From: Hyphomicrobiales bacterium
GTDB lineage: Bacteria; Pseudomonadota; Alphaproteobacteria; Rhizobiales; Aestuariivirgaceae
Reading direction: 5' to 3'
Assembly (NCBI GenBank): GCA_046349255.1
Contig: JAXMCR010000002.1
Span: 797,518-861,517 of the forward strand
Length of the DNA: 64,000 bases
Position numbers and translations under genes: made by a program. Shown here piece after piece: positions 63,886 through 64,000 of the stretch. Numbering within the stretch: position 1 is the stretch's first letter; the number at the start of each line of letters is the position of its first letter. The notes beneath the pieces are model-generated. The model ran no database searches and was not told the DNA's origin. It saw only the letters and a list, made by a program, of their open reading frames with translations.

Positions 63886-64000
63886 AGCTTCGTTGTCCGT
63901 GTTCTCGAGAGTCTCTCCCGGTGCAGGTGGTCAGCAAGACGCAATGTTATCTGGACAATTGTCAGCGTCGGATTTGCATGACCGCCAGCCGGAAAAACTG

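Larger units (their letters stand above)
61029..64000. other. Lower-G+C segment downstream of tRNA-Ser: candidate horizontally acquired island, runs off the window
   Basis: Hand counts on three 60-nt lines give about 33, 52 and 58 % G+C, versus visibly higher values in core genes. It starts directly at a tRNA 3' end. No integrase or direct repeat is visible within the window. Confidence 0.45.

Overview
High-G+C chromosomal segment with alphaproteobacterial (Hyphomicrobiales-like) gene content and synteny. That placement is an inference; no database search was possible. All calls rest on the supplied ORF track, motifs I recognise by eye, and hand-checked start/stop codons. Core content, left to right: a truncated XRE regulator, then metK and trmB. 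Next comes rimP-nusA-(ylxR-like)-infB-rbfA-truB, followed by rpsO-pnp, all on the + strand. A minus-strand block then carries a class A PBP, gyrB-recF-dnaN-dnaA, rpsT, a crotonase and mutM. A + block follows with ubiE-ubiB, coaBC-dut, a MoeB/ThiF-family gene and an MFS transporter. Accessory content: (i) a minus-strand carnitine cluster, cdhR <-> cdhC, then cdhA fused to a thioesterase, an SDR, an acyl-CoA dehydrogenase, an ADP-forming acyl-CoA synthetase and caiD. This cluster is interrupted by a small GIY-YIG gene and a tandem hairpin-repeat array. (ii) A PcaL-like fusion gene. (iii) A PotABCD-type ABC importer. (iv) A tightly spaced trio: a beta-CASP MBL nuclease, a 1,742-aa membrane protein with a GH94 glucan-phosphorylase-like module, and a DEDDh exonuclease with a BRCT domain. 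(v) cbpA-cbpM, a YqaA/DedA protein, an AIM24 protein, an orphan TAXI receptor and a DUF4239-like protein. (vi) tRNA-Ser(GGA), followed by a clearly lower-G+C stretch carrying a GT61/DUF563-like gene and a DUF2264-like gene. Four intergenic clusters hold more than two dozen copies of one ~29-nt hairpin archetype (GTCAT-N4-GGG-CTTGA-CCC-N4'-AT) with compensatory stem variation. No rRNA, CRISPR array, transposase or integrase was seen. The most unusual items are the membrane-GH94 giant protein and its nuclease neighbours, the REP/REPIN-like hairpin family with the adjacent GIY-YIG gene, the Lys-rich tail on carnitine dehydrogenase, and the 892-bp non-coding rpsT-dnaA spacer with twin 15-nt inverted repeats.
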